From assembly GCA_013265495.1 (NCBI GenBank), contig MU058337.1, positions 2,448,686 through 2,512,685 of the forward strand: a stretch of 64,000 bases of DNA, written 5' to 3'. The notes under the pieces are model-generated. The model did no database searches. It was given only the letters and a program-made list of their open reading frames with translations, and had not been told where the DNA came from. Shown in pieces: positions 13,771 to 26,059 of this stretch. Numbering within the stretch: the first letter of the stretch is position 1; each line of letters begins with the position of its first letter. The translations under genes and the position numbers were made by a program. The DNA comes from Vicugna vicugna (lineage: Eukaryota).

Positions 13771-14381
13771 ACTTAAGAATAAGCAAGGTATCTTTTCACG
13801 TCACTTGGCCATCTTGCAGGTAATAGAATCACAACAAAGAATAAAAAAGGAAAGCGAGTCATTTGATTTGTAATCTTTCTGCTCTAAAATACTGCGACTT
13901 CATAGTTTCAGTATCTCCCAGCAAGTCACCCTATGGCAGTGTCCTTTGTATCAATTATACAAAGAACATTTGCTTTAAATTTTTAAAATTTAAAATCAAC
14001 ATGGAAAAGAATCATTCATTTAACATTTATTGTATAATTTTTTAGCCCCATGCATGAGCTGTAGTGAATTCTTAATATAAGCTTGTCTTGATGGTTCATA
14101 CTTTTGTACCATTAAAAAGTATAATCTAGAATTGAATTTACATAATAACTCAATCATATGATGCACATAAAGAAAACAGATGTTTAATGTTTTGATGGTG
14201 ACTATTTTACTTTGTTCAAATTCCACATGTGTCCATTTGCATGCGTTATAGTAAATTCTTGAAATACTTTGTTTCATAATGTAGTGGCCATCTTACGTTC
14301 TTCTTTAATCGGACTGTCTATAGCTCATTGGTTGGGGGTACAGCCCCTAGCAATGTGAAGTAAATAAAAATTTTTCTTTGA

Positions 14382-14780
14382 TTCATTTGTTCATTCATTC
14401 ATTCTTTCTTTCTTTCTTCTTCCAGCAAAATGTATTAAACTAGGTGTCAGGCACTGCCACTGTTCCTTGATTTATATCCTGGGGCATATCAGCAGTCAAA
14501 AGGGGAAAAAAATAACTTAAAATGCAGGCTGGTAAGTTTTGGGATGGAGCTACAAATAGAGTGCAGCGGGATATCAGAGAGGGTCCAGGAGGGTCCAGTG
14601 AGGAAGAGATTTTTAGTTCAGAGACTCATTGGACTTCACCAAATTGAACAATTAATTGCTGAGCATGGAAAGGAACTGTCCCATAGGAGAACAGGCAGCA
14701 AAAGCAAAGTTTTAAATGAGAGGCAATAAAATAGACCCCAGGCACCCTTATGGATTCTCAGGGTGAGGACTGAGGAGGTG
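14382..14780 (-). mobile_element. L2 LINE 3' end
   Basis: (TTCA)n tail, then CAGCAAAATGTATTAA...TGTCAGGCACTG, then a purine-rich L2-like body. Confidence 0.65.
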
Positions 14781-14799
14781 GCAGTGGGATGGCTTGTCC

Positions 14800-15210
14800 C
14801 TGCTTCGTATCCAGGGCTCAGTGAGAACAATTCGGTGCTGGAAACCTGGGATTTTGGATCCCCCCCGAAGATGGCTCACTCACAGGTCTTTGGCCGACAC
14901 GGGGAGTTGGAGAGTAGGGTTGTTGAATGAAGAGCCCCCCTGTTGCCCCTTCCTTGCAACACGATGGCCTCAGGGAATCCAGACTTCCTCCCCGGAGCTC
15001 TGAGAATGAATGGTCCAGCGAACAAGGTGAAAGCTGCGCCACTTTGTCCAACCCAGCCTTGTAAATCACATGCTGTCACTTTGTTGCATTGGTTACAGTA
15101 AGTCATAAGCCCTCCCAGATTCAAGGGGGAGGGGGACATGGAGGAGAGCTAAAGTCACATTGTGTGACAGCCTGTGGAATGGAGAAAATGTTGTGGCCAT
15201 CTTTGGAACA
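14800..15210 (-). mobile_element. MLT1F/H-type LTR
   Basis: GAAAGCTGC...CCCAGCCTTG..AATCACA...CCCAGATTCAAGGGGGAGGGGGACA...TTGTGGCCATCTTTGGAA. Confidence 0.7.
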
Positions 15211-15389
15211 TGGGTAGTTTTTGTAAGTTAGTAAAAACTTCTGGGCAGTTGTTATATAATTACTTCTATAGGGGGCTTGGAACTTAAGTCTTGTTTATTT
15301 CTACTCACCTACATGGTTTCCAAAATGCTTTGACTTGATTGTGACTGCCCACCGGTCCCCCTCCCCATGAAACTGTCACAGTGAAACAT

Positions 15390-15570
15390 ACTGGGCACCT
15401 GTTATGGTCCTGGGGGTTTCACGTTATCCGCTTAACTTACTCGTCACTACCTCGAGATGTAGATACTGACTCACTTGGTGGAGGAGACCGAGGCTGAGAG
15501 AAATAGACTCTCCAAACTCACAGGTTAGAAATAAACAGCACATCTACTTTAGATTTCTGACTTCGATTCC
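15390..15570 (-). mobile_element. MIR SINE
   Basis: GAGGAGACCGAGGCTGAGAGA...CCAAACTCACAGGTTAG is a reverse MIR core. Confidence 0.55.
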
Positions 15571-15744
15571 ACAAAGATCTTAAAATCGAGGAGGCAGTAC
15601 TTCATCGCGTAAAATAGCTTTGAAAAATGCAAGGCAATGCACGCAGGTGCCGGGTCCTGTGTGAACTGCGCCCTGATGATTTCCCTTTCTTTGCAGTCAG
15701 CAGTAGCATAGGCGGGGGTCCCTTTCTCTTCTCTGTTGTCTTAG

Positions 15745-15788
15745 ATACCCCAGGAATACACCCGTCTCTGCGATTTAAGCTCTTCAAG
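15745..15788 (+). other. Candidate internal exon (44 nt, GC donor), unverified
   Basis: Long pyrimidine tract CCCTTTCTCTTCTCTGTTGTCTTAG| and AAG|GCAAGC. Open in the phase 1->0 frame: (D)TPGIHPSLRFKLFK. Confidence 0.2.
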
Positions 15789-16270
15789 GCAAGCAACTGG
15801 AATATATAATCATATATACATATATATATACCACCACTCCTGTTACGATGTTGAAATGTTGCAGGCATTTTAAGCAATTCTCTCATTCACAAATGCTGAC
15901 TCAAGCAAGAGCTGACAACAAGTTTATGACTGACAAATGGAATCACACTCAGTTAAGGTAGATCATGGTTTTATTTGTAAGCTTTTTATTTTCACAACAG
16001 CAGAACTTTACATCCCTTCTCTCTAGAAACAGGGTTGAAGGGCAGCTTTGCTCTTGGTAGGCTGACCAGCACACAGTATGTCAGTGTGCAGTGGACTGAA
16101 GAAGGAGGTGTACCATTATATGTGCTGAACTGGGGGACCCTCATGTATTAACCCCCTTAGATTGTAGTATGCTTTGTAATAACAGTCAGTTGTTTCCTAA
16201 AGTGACCGTTCTTTTTCTTCATGAAGATAATTGCCAGTTCAAGCATTTAGAGTATTTGCTCTCTTTATAG

Positions 16271-16336
16271 TCCCTCTATGGCAGGTCTGTTTTGGACATT
16301 TTGAAACATTCCAAAATAACACTTCACCTGCCCTCG
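16271..16336 (+). other. Candidate internal exon (66 nt), unverified
   Basis: TTTGCTCTCTTTATAG| acceptor and TCG|GTGAGT donor. 22 open codons SLYGRSVLDILKHSKITLHLPS. Confidence 0.25.
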
Positions 16337-17339
16337 GTGAGTCAGCCTCTCCGTTTCCTTGGTTCTGGAGACCTGTCTTCTTTGTATTATCTGTCTATTT
16401 CTTGCACTTCATGGTTAGGAAATAAAAATGTATAAAGTCAAAGTAAATTGCATTGAACTGAAGTTTCACCATTTATTAGACCAGTCGCTGACATTCACTC
16501 CGGGCAATTGGCCTTAAGTAGGTCTTTCAGATTATTCTGAGTTCATGTGTGCGTAGCAGATTTGAGATTCTGTATCCTAGCGGGTGTTATAAAGACTAAT
16601 TAACTCCCATTACAGCCCTGGGAAACGTGGGCTCCATGGTGACTGTTTTGTAGATAAAGAACTTGCAACTCGGCATCAAGCTACGCTGAGCCAGACAGAA
16701 GAGTTTCCCGTCAACCGTGAGATCGGGTCACAGATTTGTCCTGATCAGAAAAAAGGCAGTCATGTTTGGCAACCATTTTTAACTTGTGATTTTTTAATTT
16801 AGCCTGTGCTCTACGCAAGGCCTGAAGCCCACCCCCCTTCTGCGTTGTTTCTCAAAAAATTTGCTGTAAGCAGTCTCTTCTCTTGCACTCATAGTTACTT
16901 GGCACCATGGACGGGTCTGTTTTCTTGCTTCTGTCTTCTGTTGTGATTTTAAGAGCAGTTGGTGTTTCGTTTCCCAATGCCCCGTCTCCTTGTACCTGTA
17001 TTTCCACACCCATTCGCATATTTCTGCCAGAGTTCTGAAGAAGACGTGTCTCTTCTCATCTTTAAAGTCATCCCTCCCGGTTTTGCTTCCTGAGGTTACT
17101 GTTCCCAAACCTGCGCGCACTTTCCACAGTCCTTTCTCAGTCTTCCCAGGCCTTCCTCCTTCTAACTTTTCTATTTAAAAGTCCTCGCTTTCCCATCACT
17201 GTCCTCTTCTCTCACGTCTGTAATAGCCAAGCCCTTTAACTCGTGTTCTCCTATCCGTCTGGCCCTTCCCTTACACGTTTCTTTCTGTAACAGCTTGCAG
17301 ACTCTTTCCAGCCTAGCACAGCATGAACTCAGATCCTTC

Positions 17340-17634
17340 AGCACAGGGTTGATGCTTCGGTCCCTCCGGAATTCATACGCTGAAATGCTGGCCGCTCAGT
17401 GTGATGGGATTGGAGGGCGCAGACTTCGGAGCGATTCAGTTTGCCGAGCTCTCCACCCCTGCTGGCACCTGAGGACACCCAGAGTCCGCGGTCTGCAGCC
17501 CAGAGCGGGGCTCTCGCCCCACCGTCTGTCCCGACCTTGCACTTCCGGCCTCCAGAGCTGTGAGAAATAGATTTGTTTGTTATAAGCGACCCAGCTTGTG
17601 ACGTTTTGTCATAGCTGCCCAAATGGACTAAGAC
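17340..17634 (+). mobile_element. MLT1A-type solo LTR, internally deleted and CpG-rich
   Basis: GTCCCTCCGGAATTCATACGCTGAAAT near the start. GCCTCCAGAGCTGTGAGAAATAGATTTGTTTGTTTATAAGC...GACTAAGAC at the end. Confidence 0.8.
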
Positions 17635-17809
17635 TTCATTAAGTAACCAGATGACCTGTATATACTTCATTCCGTATCTTACAGCTTTTTAATATTTTTA
17701 CTCATTTTGAAACATCTTCTCTCTAACATTGTTGGACAAGTGTCCTTCTTCAAATTCTAGTATTTTTGAACTTCTAACTTCATGTAGTCTTCCTGGCATT
17801 GTATTTCCC

Positions 17810-17990
17810 TGATGTGTATATATTTAATTTAGAGTATGTATTATTATATATATTTTATACACATATGTATCATATTATATTAATAATTTATCTATGACAC
17901 AATATTGTATATAATTGTGTTAATTCAATTAATATATTACATATAAAATATATATAATTATACAATTACATATTCATATATATTTAATTT
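17810..17990. repeat. AT-rich low-complexity tract
   Basis: Degenerate (TA)n/TATAAT repeats with very low G+C. Confidence 0.8.
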
Positions 17991-19639
17991 TCTCTCTGAT
18001 TGCTGCTGCTTCGTTATATGTGCGACTCCTCTCTTCTCTGACGTCACTAGATGCTTCCTGAGGAAAGTAATCCCGCCTCTGCTCTTTCAGGCTGAACTTA
18101 CACCATCTGCTCAACCACTCGCTGCTTAAAAAGCAGAGCAGATAACAGCACACTGGATGCACCAGATAAGGGCTCATGTCTACAACTGAAGTGTTCAAGA
18201 AATACAGAAACACCACTCCCTCTTTTCCATTTAAATAAACTCCGTTTGCATGCGGAGGGCTGGGGTGGGCCTGTCATCTGGCCTTGAGCCTTTGCCTGAG
18301 AAGCCCTGTGCTGTCAGACGCTCCCACACGGCCCGCACTGGACCCTGTGGACCTGTTACTACTTTCAGGCTGCTTGTAGGTAGCAGATACTTCTGCCTCC
18401 TATTTGGGAGTGTGTGGCTGTTCACCTGTTTTGTGATCACAGCGATAATCGGAGGCCGTCTAGGACACATTTTGCATGGATTTCCTTTGAACCCGTTTCC
18501 ACGTTTGAGCCTTCCCTCCCCGTCCCTCCTGACTCCATCCCCATCCTCTCTCCTAATGCTCTGCCTGGTGTCAGGGAATGGCGTCATCTGTGGGGATCAA
18601 TGAACTTCTATATTTCCTTCATCTGCATCTATCCCTCCCCTCTGTTCCCAGGGGATCATCTCTTAAGCCTCTATGGGAGGCTCAGATCCCAGCTCTCCTG
18701 CACAGCGAGTTCTCTCATGTACCATTGCCTCTCCAGCAACTAACGGCTTAACTCTGTAGACCAAAGGCAAGATACTCCTTCATTTTTACTTTTCTTGTTG
18801 TCACATTTAAACCCAGGACAGAAATGTCTGGCTCTGAGAATGGGGATCATATTGGCAGTGGCAAAATTCATCAGGAGAAAAATCACAAACTTACAGTTTG
18901 CAAATCAAATCAGTGAGACCACGTAGCATTCTGGATCATTCTGTCCTTTCATGTGATCGCAGTTTTGATAGAGCTAGGGCAGACCCATGGCTCCACCCAG
19001 CAGACCTGTCCTCATCAAGGGAGAGGTGAAGCAGAGCCACATCATGCCTCCTGTCACGAGCTGCTTTCAGTGGAGGTACTGGTGGGGGCAGAAGAAACCT
19101 CCTTTCATGTCCAGGTCAACCTGCTGGGATGCTGGCAAGTAAAAGAACTCCATCACTTGTGCCTCTGCACTGGTCCAGAACTGAGATGTCCCCCGCCACC
19201 AAGCACATGGCATTGGTTGGAAGAGCTCCCTTAGGTTGGGTGACAACATTGTGGGCTCTGCCGTGGTCCCGGTCCCAGCTGTCTGTGTTAGTGAGTTACT
19301 TCACATTTCTGTACTTCTTTTCACTAAGGGATATTTATCATCTTTGAAATATGGAAATTGTAAGAATTCACTGATTGAAATACTTTATGCAGAAGCTGGC
19401 ATCCGGTAAACACTTAGTAAATGTTAATCATGAATATCATGGTGACCCTGTGTCTTAATAGAGTATTTGGCACATGTTATGTTGGAAAATCATTGTAGTT
19501 TTACCACTTCAGTAGTTTGAACGGCAAATGCTAAAGTTTTTTAGCAAATTCAGTTCTGTGCCTTTAAAAAAAGTTTCTTGTGACGGTGATAAAATTAATA
19601 TTTATTTTTTATCAGCAGTGGAGTTGATCTCAATATGGT

Positions 19640-20070
19640 GGTTGATTCAGTGGTCTATTATTCACAACAAACTACAAAATTTAATCACTTGAGAAAAGGG
19701 TCTTTTCTGATTTTGTGGGCTGGCTGTGTGGTTCTCCTGTTGGTCATGCCTGGACTCACGTGTGGTTATACTCATTTGGTGGGGGGTTTTTTTTGGAGCT
19801 GGGTTCAGCTGGGACTCTTCGATGGCTGGACATCCTTCTCTGTGGACTGAAGTCCTTTCTTTCCACATGGTCCCTGACCCCCAGGGAGGGTACCCTGGGC
19901 TTCTTGCCTGGCAGCTAAGTTCCAAGAGTGCATGTCCCAGTGAATGCTCCCGTCATGCTTGCTAATGGCCCATTATCTAAAGAAAATCACATGAGCATCC
20001 GACATCAGGGTGGTGAGTCTATAAAATCAGAAGGTGTGATTCATTAGCAGATACCAATGTAACTGTAGAC
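19640..20070 (-). mobile_element. MLT1I/J-type LTR
   Basis: GGGCTTCTTGCCTGGCAGCT...GCTTGCTAATGGCCCATT...AAATCACATG...GGTGTGATTCATT...CCAATGTAAC. Confidence 0.65.
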
Positions 20071-20076
20071 TTGGAC

Positions 20077-20609
20077 TGTGGTGGTTTATATAGTATGAAC
20101 TTAGAATTAAGTTAAGCTAGAAATGACATTTCCTGGAGTCACCTTCCCTGCATGGTTCTAGGTAAAGTTTGGTCAAAAGAGGGTTGATTAAACTTGAAGT
20201 TGGCAGTCAGATAGTCATCAACACCTCTAACGGCGGATGTAGTCAGATGCAGAGACAGGGAATGAGGAAATGCCTGAGGCTCCAGCTTCTTCCCGTTCTT
20301 CTCTGGTCTACGCCCTGCTCTTCTTCCTGTCCATTAACCCCATTAAACAGCAGTGGTCCCAAGTCCATCATCACATGCTCGGTCCTAGCGCCAGACTCTT
20401 GACCACACAGAAGCCTCAGCTTCCCAGACATGTCCCTTCTGGATCCCGGTTTGATGCATGGTTGGAGGACTCCTGCTCTGACTTTACCTATGTGCCAGGT
20501 CCTGGGGGTCCCAGGTCTCCCCATGATGGCGTAGGGCCTAATTCCTACTGTACTTTCCACATAATGCTTCTCAGGGCTCTGATACCCTTAACGACCCCTA
20601 ACTGATGCA
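20077..20609 (+). mobile_element. LTR33-type ERVL solo LTR
   Basis: TGTGGTGGTTT...AAGCTAGAAATGACATTTCCTGGAGTCACCTTCCCTGCATGGTTCTAGG at the start and ACCCCTAACTGATGCA at the end. Confidence 0.7.
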
Positions 20610-23039
20610 GTGATGAACTCGGTATTCCTTCTGCGGGGTTCTCATACTTCCTACATAAGCCAGAAGGAAGGAGAAGCGATTGGGTTATAGATGCAGAAGT
20701 TCAATATATAAAGGAAATTTGGTCCCATACACTAAATAGAAAAATACCAATACAGGCTTGGTAGTACATTTAATCAAATAATCCATATTTCCAATATTTC
20801 AGTTCTCATTAGAACAATGTGTCTTCAAGTCTCATTTTTATGACTTCTAAATAAGCTGGAGTTTTATGTCCATAATGCCTTTTGCGGTATAATGTAATAA
20901 AATGTGTGGAGTCTCTCTGTATGTGTGTGCAAGCAAAAGTGAATCCCTTTAAGTCTTTCTATAATTCTCCTGATTTTATTCCTCTTCTAATCTTACTAGT
21001 TTTGTATGTACTACCCAATATATTTTTTAATACTGTGCTTTTCTTCTTTGTTCTGTTGAATATTATTTACCTAAAACAGCAACAAAAGTTTTCCGCAATT
21101 ACCAAACCATGTAAGTGCTCCAGAGAAATGAATTTGGAAGAATGTGGCAAAAGAAAAAAAAAATCTATCTTGAATTTTAGTGAACCTTTATATTAATTTC
21201 TCCTCGCTATGCATATCTTTATTAATTCCTATATAAAATAATGAGGATTATTTCTATACCTTAAAGTTTTTATTGATAAAATACATGTATATAATTATTT
21301 ATTGTATAGTTATTTTTTCTAGTTAGAAAAATAATGTAATTTCATCACAAAGGTGGTCAAATATTATAGAAATTATCAAAAGACATGATATAAACTTAAA
21401 CCAGTAGAAATAATGACTATCACATCCTTAGTCTTGCAGACTTCATTTTCTTCACATTTCTGTAAATATGCACATGCACCCCCACACACATTTGAGTTGT
21501 AAGATTTAGCAAGTTGTTTTTTTCATTTAAGAGTTTATGAATTTTTGTGCTTTTGTGTTTGTATAGAATTTTATTAAAACATTTTAATCAAAAAAATTTT
21601 AATGAGACCATTATTCATCTTAACAACTGATTTGGTTAAAAAGGATATTTTGTGGTTTTTAACCAAGTCATACCAATTAATATTACTGAGCTCACCCCAA
21701 AAATTTAACTCTTAAGAATCCTTCTCACATGATTCACACTTTTTTTGCCCATAATGCAATTATTAAATTCATTTAATGTGCCAATGTCTTGTTCTTAATG
21801 TGCATTTCTGGATTTTTTTTTTTTTGCTTATTTTGGAATCGAATTGTTTTAAAAACCTGTTACTACTAAAGTAATATAGTGTAAAACTATATGTAAAGAT
21901 GTATTAATAGATGCTTTCCTGATAGTGAAAATAATTATATAGTAGTTGCAGTGTATGCGTGTCTTCTCAGAGCCGCAAGCATTAACTGTAAAAAGGTGCT
22001 ATGAGAAAAAACAATACTGAATTCAGAAAAGCTCTGCCCTTTGCTTCTGTATAACTAGTTTATTACTTAACCTCTCTTGGGTTCTTTTATTTCATTATTA
22101 AAAATGGGGAAATGACATGGAATTTACCCACTAGCTGTTATCATGGATGGCATGGTATTCCTGTGAATGTCATGTGGTTTTCTCATTAATGAAATGAATA
22201 TGCACGTGACTATCACAACAGCGTTCACCTCAGGATTACGATGAAGATGAATTGAGTTAGTAGTTGGAACTTAGTTGATAACGTTGACTAGCAAGTTAAA
22301 GCAGTAGGAAGGAAGGAAGAGTTTTTAAATGAAATGGAAGCAGAAGAATGCTTTTCATGTTTTGAGAATTAAATGCAGAACTAATCATTCCCATGTTTGT
22401 TCTTCCCAAAAGTTACACAGGAAAAGGAAAAAAGAAAGAAAAAGAAAAAGAAAAAGAAATGCTCTGTTCCATTTGGTGGAAGGAAGCTGTGTTCCTGGCT
22501 CCTCCTTAGTGATTGAAATTTGTCCTTTAGAGCAGCAAAATAAAATAGTAAAACATCCAAGAACATTCACTACAAAGACCAATAATGACAGCCTTTAGTG
22601 CTTCTCTTTAAGAAGTTCATGGAGCATTTTCTTTCCTCTTTTATATTTAATTCATTTTAATATAAATATGCCTGTATAAATTCTTACAATTTGAAGACAG
22701 TTATAAATTAATATTATAAAGGATACACAATAATTATATCAAGAACCACTGGAAAATACATAGGAATGTAGTCATTTTTGTTGATAATTCCAGGCAAGAA
22801 AAGAACATGAAACACATTAAAGTAAAATTTACTTATTTGCTATCGCATCATCATCCATTTCACAGTAAAGCTGTCTAAATGAACCTTATTTTCTAATTAA
22901 GACTTTCTTTTATAGCGAGTAAATTACTTTCATGGCTTGCCCTGTAGGTCTGCCGAGTGCCGCCATGACGCTGTCTTGGTTATAATAGGGGAAATCTCTA
23001 TATCCATAAAATGAATGTTTTCTGTCCAGAACTGCTTTT

Positions 23040-23350
23040 GATTAGCATGAGGCTGCATTACTGACAGTGTCTTTTTCTGGGAAAGAACCCCGAGTGGATT
23101 TTTATCAAAGTGCAGTAATTGTCCTGGAAATAAGATAGCGGTGGCATTTGTTAGCTTTGATTCTAATGGCTCTAAAAGCTCCGAGAAAGTAGGACTTTGG
23201 GCTACCTTTGCATAAAATAATGACTGGCCACTGCCTGCCAGCTTTCATGAACTTAATTTGTGTGAGGATGATGGTACCGGGCGTGTACTTCGGGCCTTTT
23301 CTTTCTGAAGCTCCGCTTTTCATTTCCGAATGTGCCTGTCAGTGCAGCCA
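23040..23350. promoter_or_regulatory. Putative developmental enhancer-like segment
   Basis: No recognisable repeat. Clustered TCF/LEF (ATCAAAG 23104, CTTTGAT 23155), homeobox (TAATTG, TAATGG), GATA (AGATAG), MEIS (TGACAG) and CATAAA motifs. Motif inference only. Confidence 0.3.
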
Positions 23351-25024
23351 GTAGAATCAATGAAAATGACCTTGGCCTTCAGCATGCGTGGTCGGTCTAA
23401 ATTGAAAGAAGCATATTTAGAGGGCTGAGACCTAGTCACAAACTCAACGACAGGCAGCTGGATAATGAGGCCCAGGCAAGCGCCCATCCAGCTGTGCAGC
23501 ACACCTGGGGAGAGGGAGGGGCACTGCGAGGCCGCCTGTTTTGTACCTGCACACCTGGAGAGACACTTCCGCTGGGAACCTGTGACCCCCACTTCCCTTC
23601 CACACTACCCAAGGCTATCTGTCCAACCTCAATCGTGCGATTGCTATTATGAATTTTTTAAATTCTGCATTATCCATACAGGATTTTCAAAAAAAATCTA
23701 GACCGGTCAAAACACAACTGCCTTTGTCTGAATTATCCAGGCTTGTCTTGGAGAAATCAGCAGACAGCTGTGGCTGGTTTAACTTGATCTCATGTGAACT
23801 TAGACAGCATGAGGCCTTTTAAAAATTTTATACCTAGAAAGGGGTTGGTGGGTGGGAGAAAATGCACTGTGGCATCAGGGAAAGTGGAAAGAAAATGCAG
23901 TTGTCCAGAGCTGTATTGACTGGAGTGCCTTTCTGCCCCACCCTCACCCCCCAGGGCTGATGAGATGAGACCATGTCTTACAGACCAGCCTGTAAAGAGA
24001 CAGTAAGATTGAAGGTTTCTTGGTAGATGGTACAGAAGACCTGCAGCCTGGTCTCTGGTGGATCCCAGTCGTAGAAAGTATGATTCTTCATTTCAGATTA
24101 ATTTCTTGCTCAGTTATAAACTTCAATAGTCATATTTTTTATCAAGCTAACAAATAGGATCTTATCAGTAAATTATCTTAAAGCTCTCAAAGAATAAAGC
24201 AATATAAACTTGAATCATATGTCATCAAGTGATTTTGAAGATTTCAACCACCAAATGGCACAATCTGTTTTCCAGGATTATCTTTATTTATTACCAGGAT
24301 TATCTCACAATCTAAAGTTATTTTTCACTTAATTTCATAGAAATAGATTTGTAGAAATACTCCCAATGGATTCAGTATCTTAGAAAGGAAGCCCTCGGTG
24401 ATACACTTTTCTTTTGTCAGAAGTTACCATCTAATTAATAATTTGTAGGAGACTCTTAAAGGGAGGTGCAGTCTACTGATATGAAATATCGTTCAGTAAT
24501 CCAGAATGCTTTCCTTTGAAATGGAAAAACTGAAATAAATGGAGTAAGAAACATGGTTAGCACCTAGAAACATTAATAGAATAACCACCCCTCCCATTGC
24601 CGTTTTAAGTCTTAAAAGCCAAATTCAGGACTAACAAATTCTTTCAACGGTTCTTGCTCCCCTGTGGATGTTGGTATCTGGCTCAGAGCCACGTGAATCT
24701 CAGCCTGAGAGATTCCACTATTTGAAGAAGCAAATTAAATGAGCAGAGTAAAATTAACAGGCAGTGTCAAAGTGGAAAATCCTAACAGGAGTTAATTTCC
24801 TTCTATCCAGAAGCGTCAGCCTCCCCATCATTTGTTCCTGCGTTATATCTTAAGCCAGCCTACCCTGCTTTTAAGTGATTACTGTTCTCTCTTGATCATT
24901 CCCGAGTTGAGTAAAAGTAGGTTTGAACACCATCTCAAATACTCCAGCACATGGTTATGTTACTTACTTGCATATGATATTGTTTTTATCATTTCAGATC
25001 TGAATGGAATGAACTTTCATTTAA

Positions 25025-25240
25025 AATAATAGTAACAACTACCATTTATTTAGCACTGACTTTGAACTATGTACTTTGCGTTCACGGTCTTTAATTAAGT
25101 CATGGATTCTTTGAGGCAGACATTATCCCTCTTCTATTGATGAGGACCCTGAGGCCCAGGGATCTGACGTAACCCAGTCAACGGTAGAAAAGGATGAGGA
25201 AGGACCTGAGGTCAACCCTTTAGACCTCTGTGCCGCTAAC
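25025..25240 (-). mobile_element. MIR SINE
   Basis: AATAATAGTAACAACTACCATTTATTTAGCAC...ATTATCCC...GATGAGGACCCTGAGGCCCAG. Confidence 0.7.
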
Positions 25241-25314
25241 GATGCAGAACTCTTCTTTGGTCAGTATTCACAGGGACACAGGTTGAGTTAACTCAGCATT
25301 CCTCAAAGATCCAC

Positions 25315-25410
25315 TGTGCATATACTATACGTACAACTGAATCTCTGTGCTGTACACCAGAAATGAATGCAACATTGTAAATCAAAAAATAAAAATAAAA
25401 GATAAATTAA
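25315..25410 (+). mobile_element. L1 extreme 3' end (laurasiatherian/cetartiodactyl type)
   Basis: AACTGAATCTCTGTGCTGTACACCAGAAATGAATGCAACATTGTAAATCAA followed by an A-rich tail. Confidence 0.8.
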
Positions 25411-25569
25411 ACCTATATTAAAAAGGAGAATCCTAAATGTCTTTAAATGCATCTGTTAAGAAGATGTTGGTTTTTCCTGTGGAATGTCTACAGCTCCAGT
25501 GCTACTCAATGCATAATCGTGAGCTCTGTAAACCACCACCAGGTAAGGAGGGTCGTCAAGCTGTCTTGT

Positions 25570-25810
25570 GCCCCTGCTATGCACCAGGCTTGTAATGAGC
25601 TGTCTTCAAGTATTATCTTGTTTAATTTACATCAAGATTCTGTGTTTGGGTGATTATTTTATCTCTACCACCATCATCTTACCAGTGAGGAAACTCAGAA
25701 ACAGAGGTAAAGTGATGTGTTTCAAGTTACACAGCTAACTAGTGGCAGTGAAATCAAGCTTGTCATTTCAACTCAGTCTAAAATCTTAGCCACTAAGCCA
25801 AACTGCCTCT
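25570..25810 (-). mobile_element. MIR SINE
   Basis: TGAGGAAACTCAGAAACAGAGGTAAAGTGA...CAAGTTACACAGCTAACTAGTGGCAG...TCTTAGCCACTA. Confidence 0.75.
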
Positions 25811-26059
25811 TTAAATAGTATTTTCCTTAGTGTGATTAACTTGATTAAAGGGAATTTAATAGCGTATTTTCACCTACAGCAAGATTAGTTTGAACCTCCA
25901 AGATAGAAACATTTATTAAAACCACTTAGTTCTAGGATGTAATTAGAAAACTCATTGACTTACAGTTCATTGTATTTTACACTTTGTAAATAAAGAGTTA
26001 CGGATTATTTACAGGACAATGGGAAGCTTCCATTATTTTGGCACCATTATTTCTGTTGA

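Noticed and set aside
15744..15758. DTPG as a GTPase G3 motif
   Set aside because: Only a four-residue match. No P-loop or G4-motif exon was found, and the following residues do not fit a GTPase I know.
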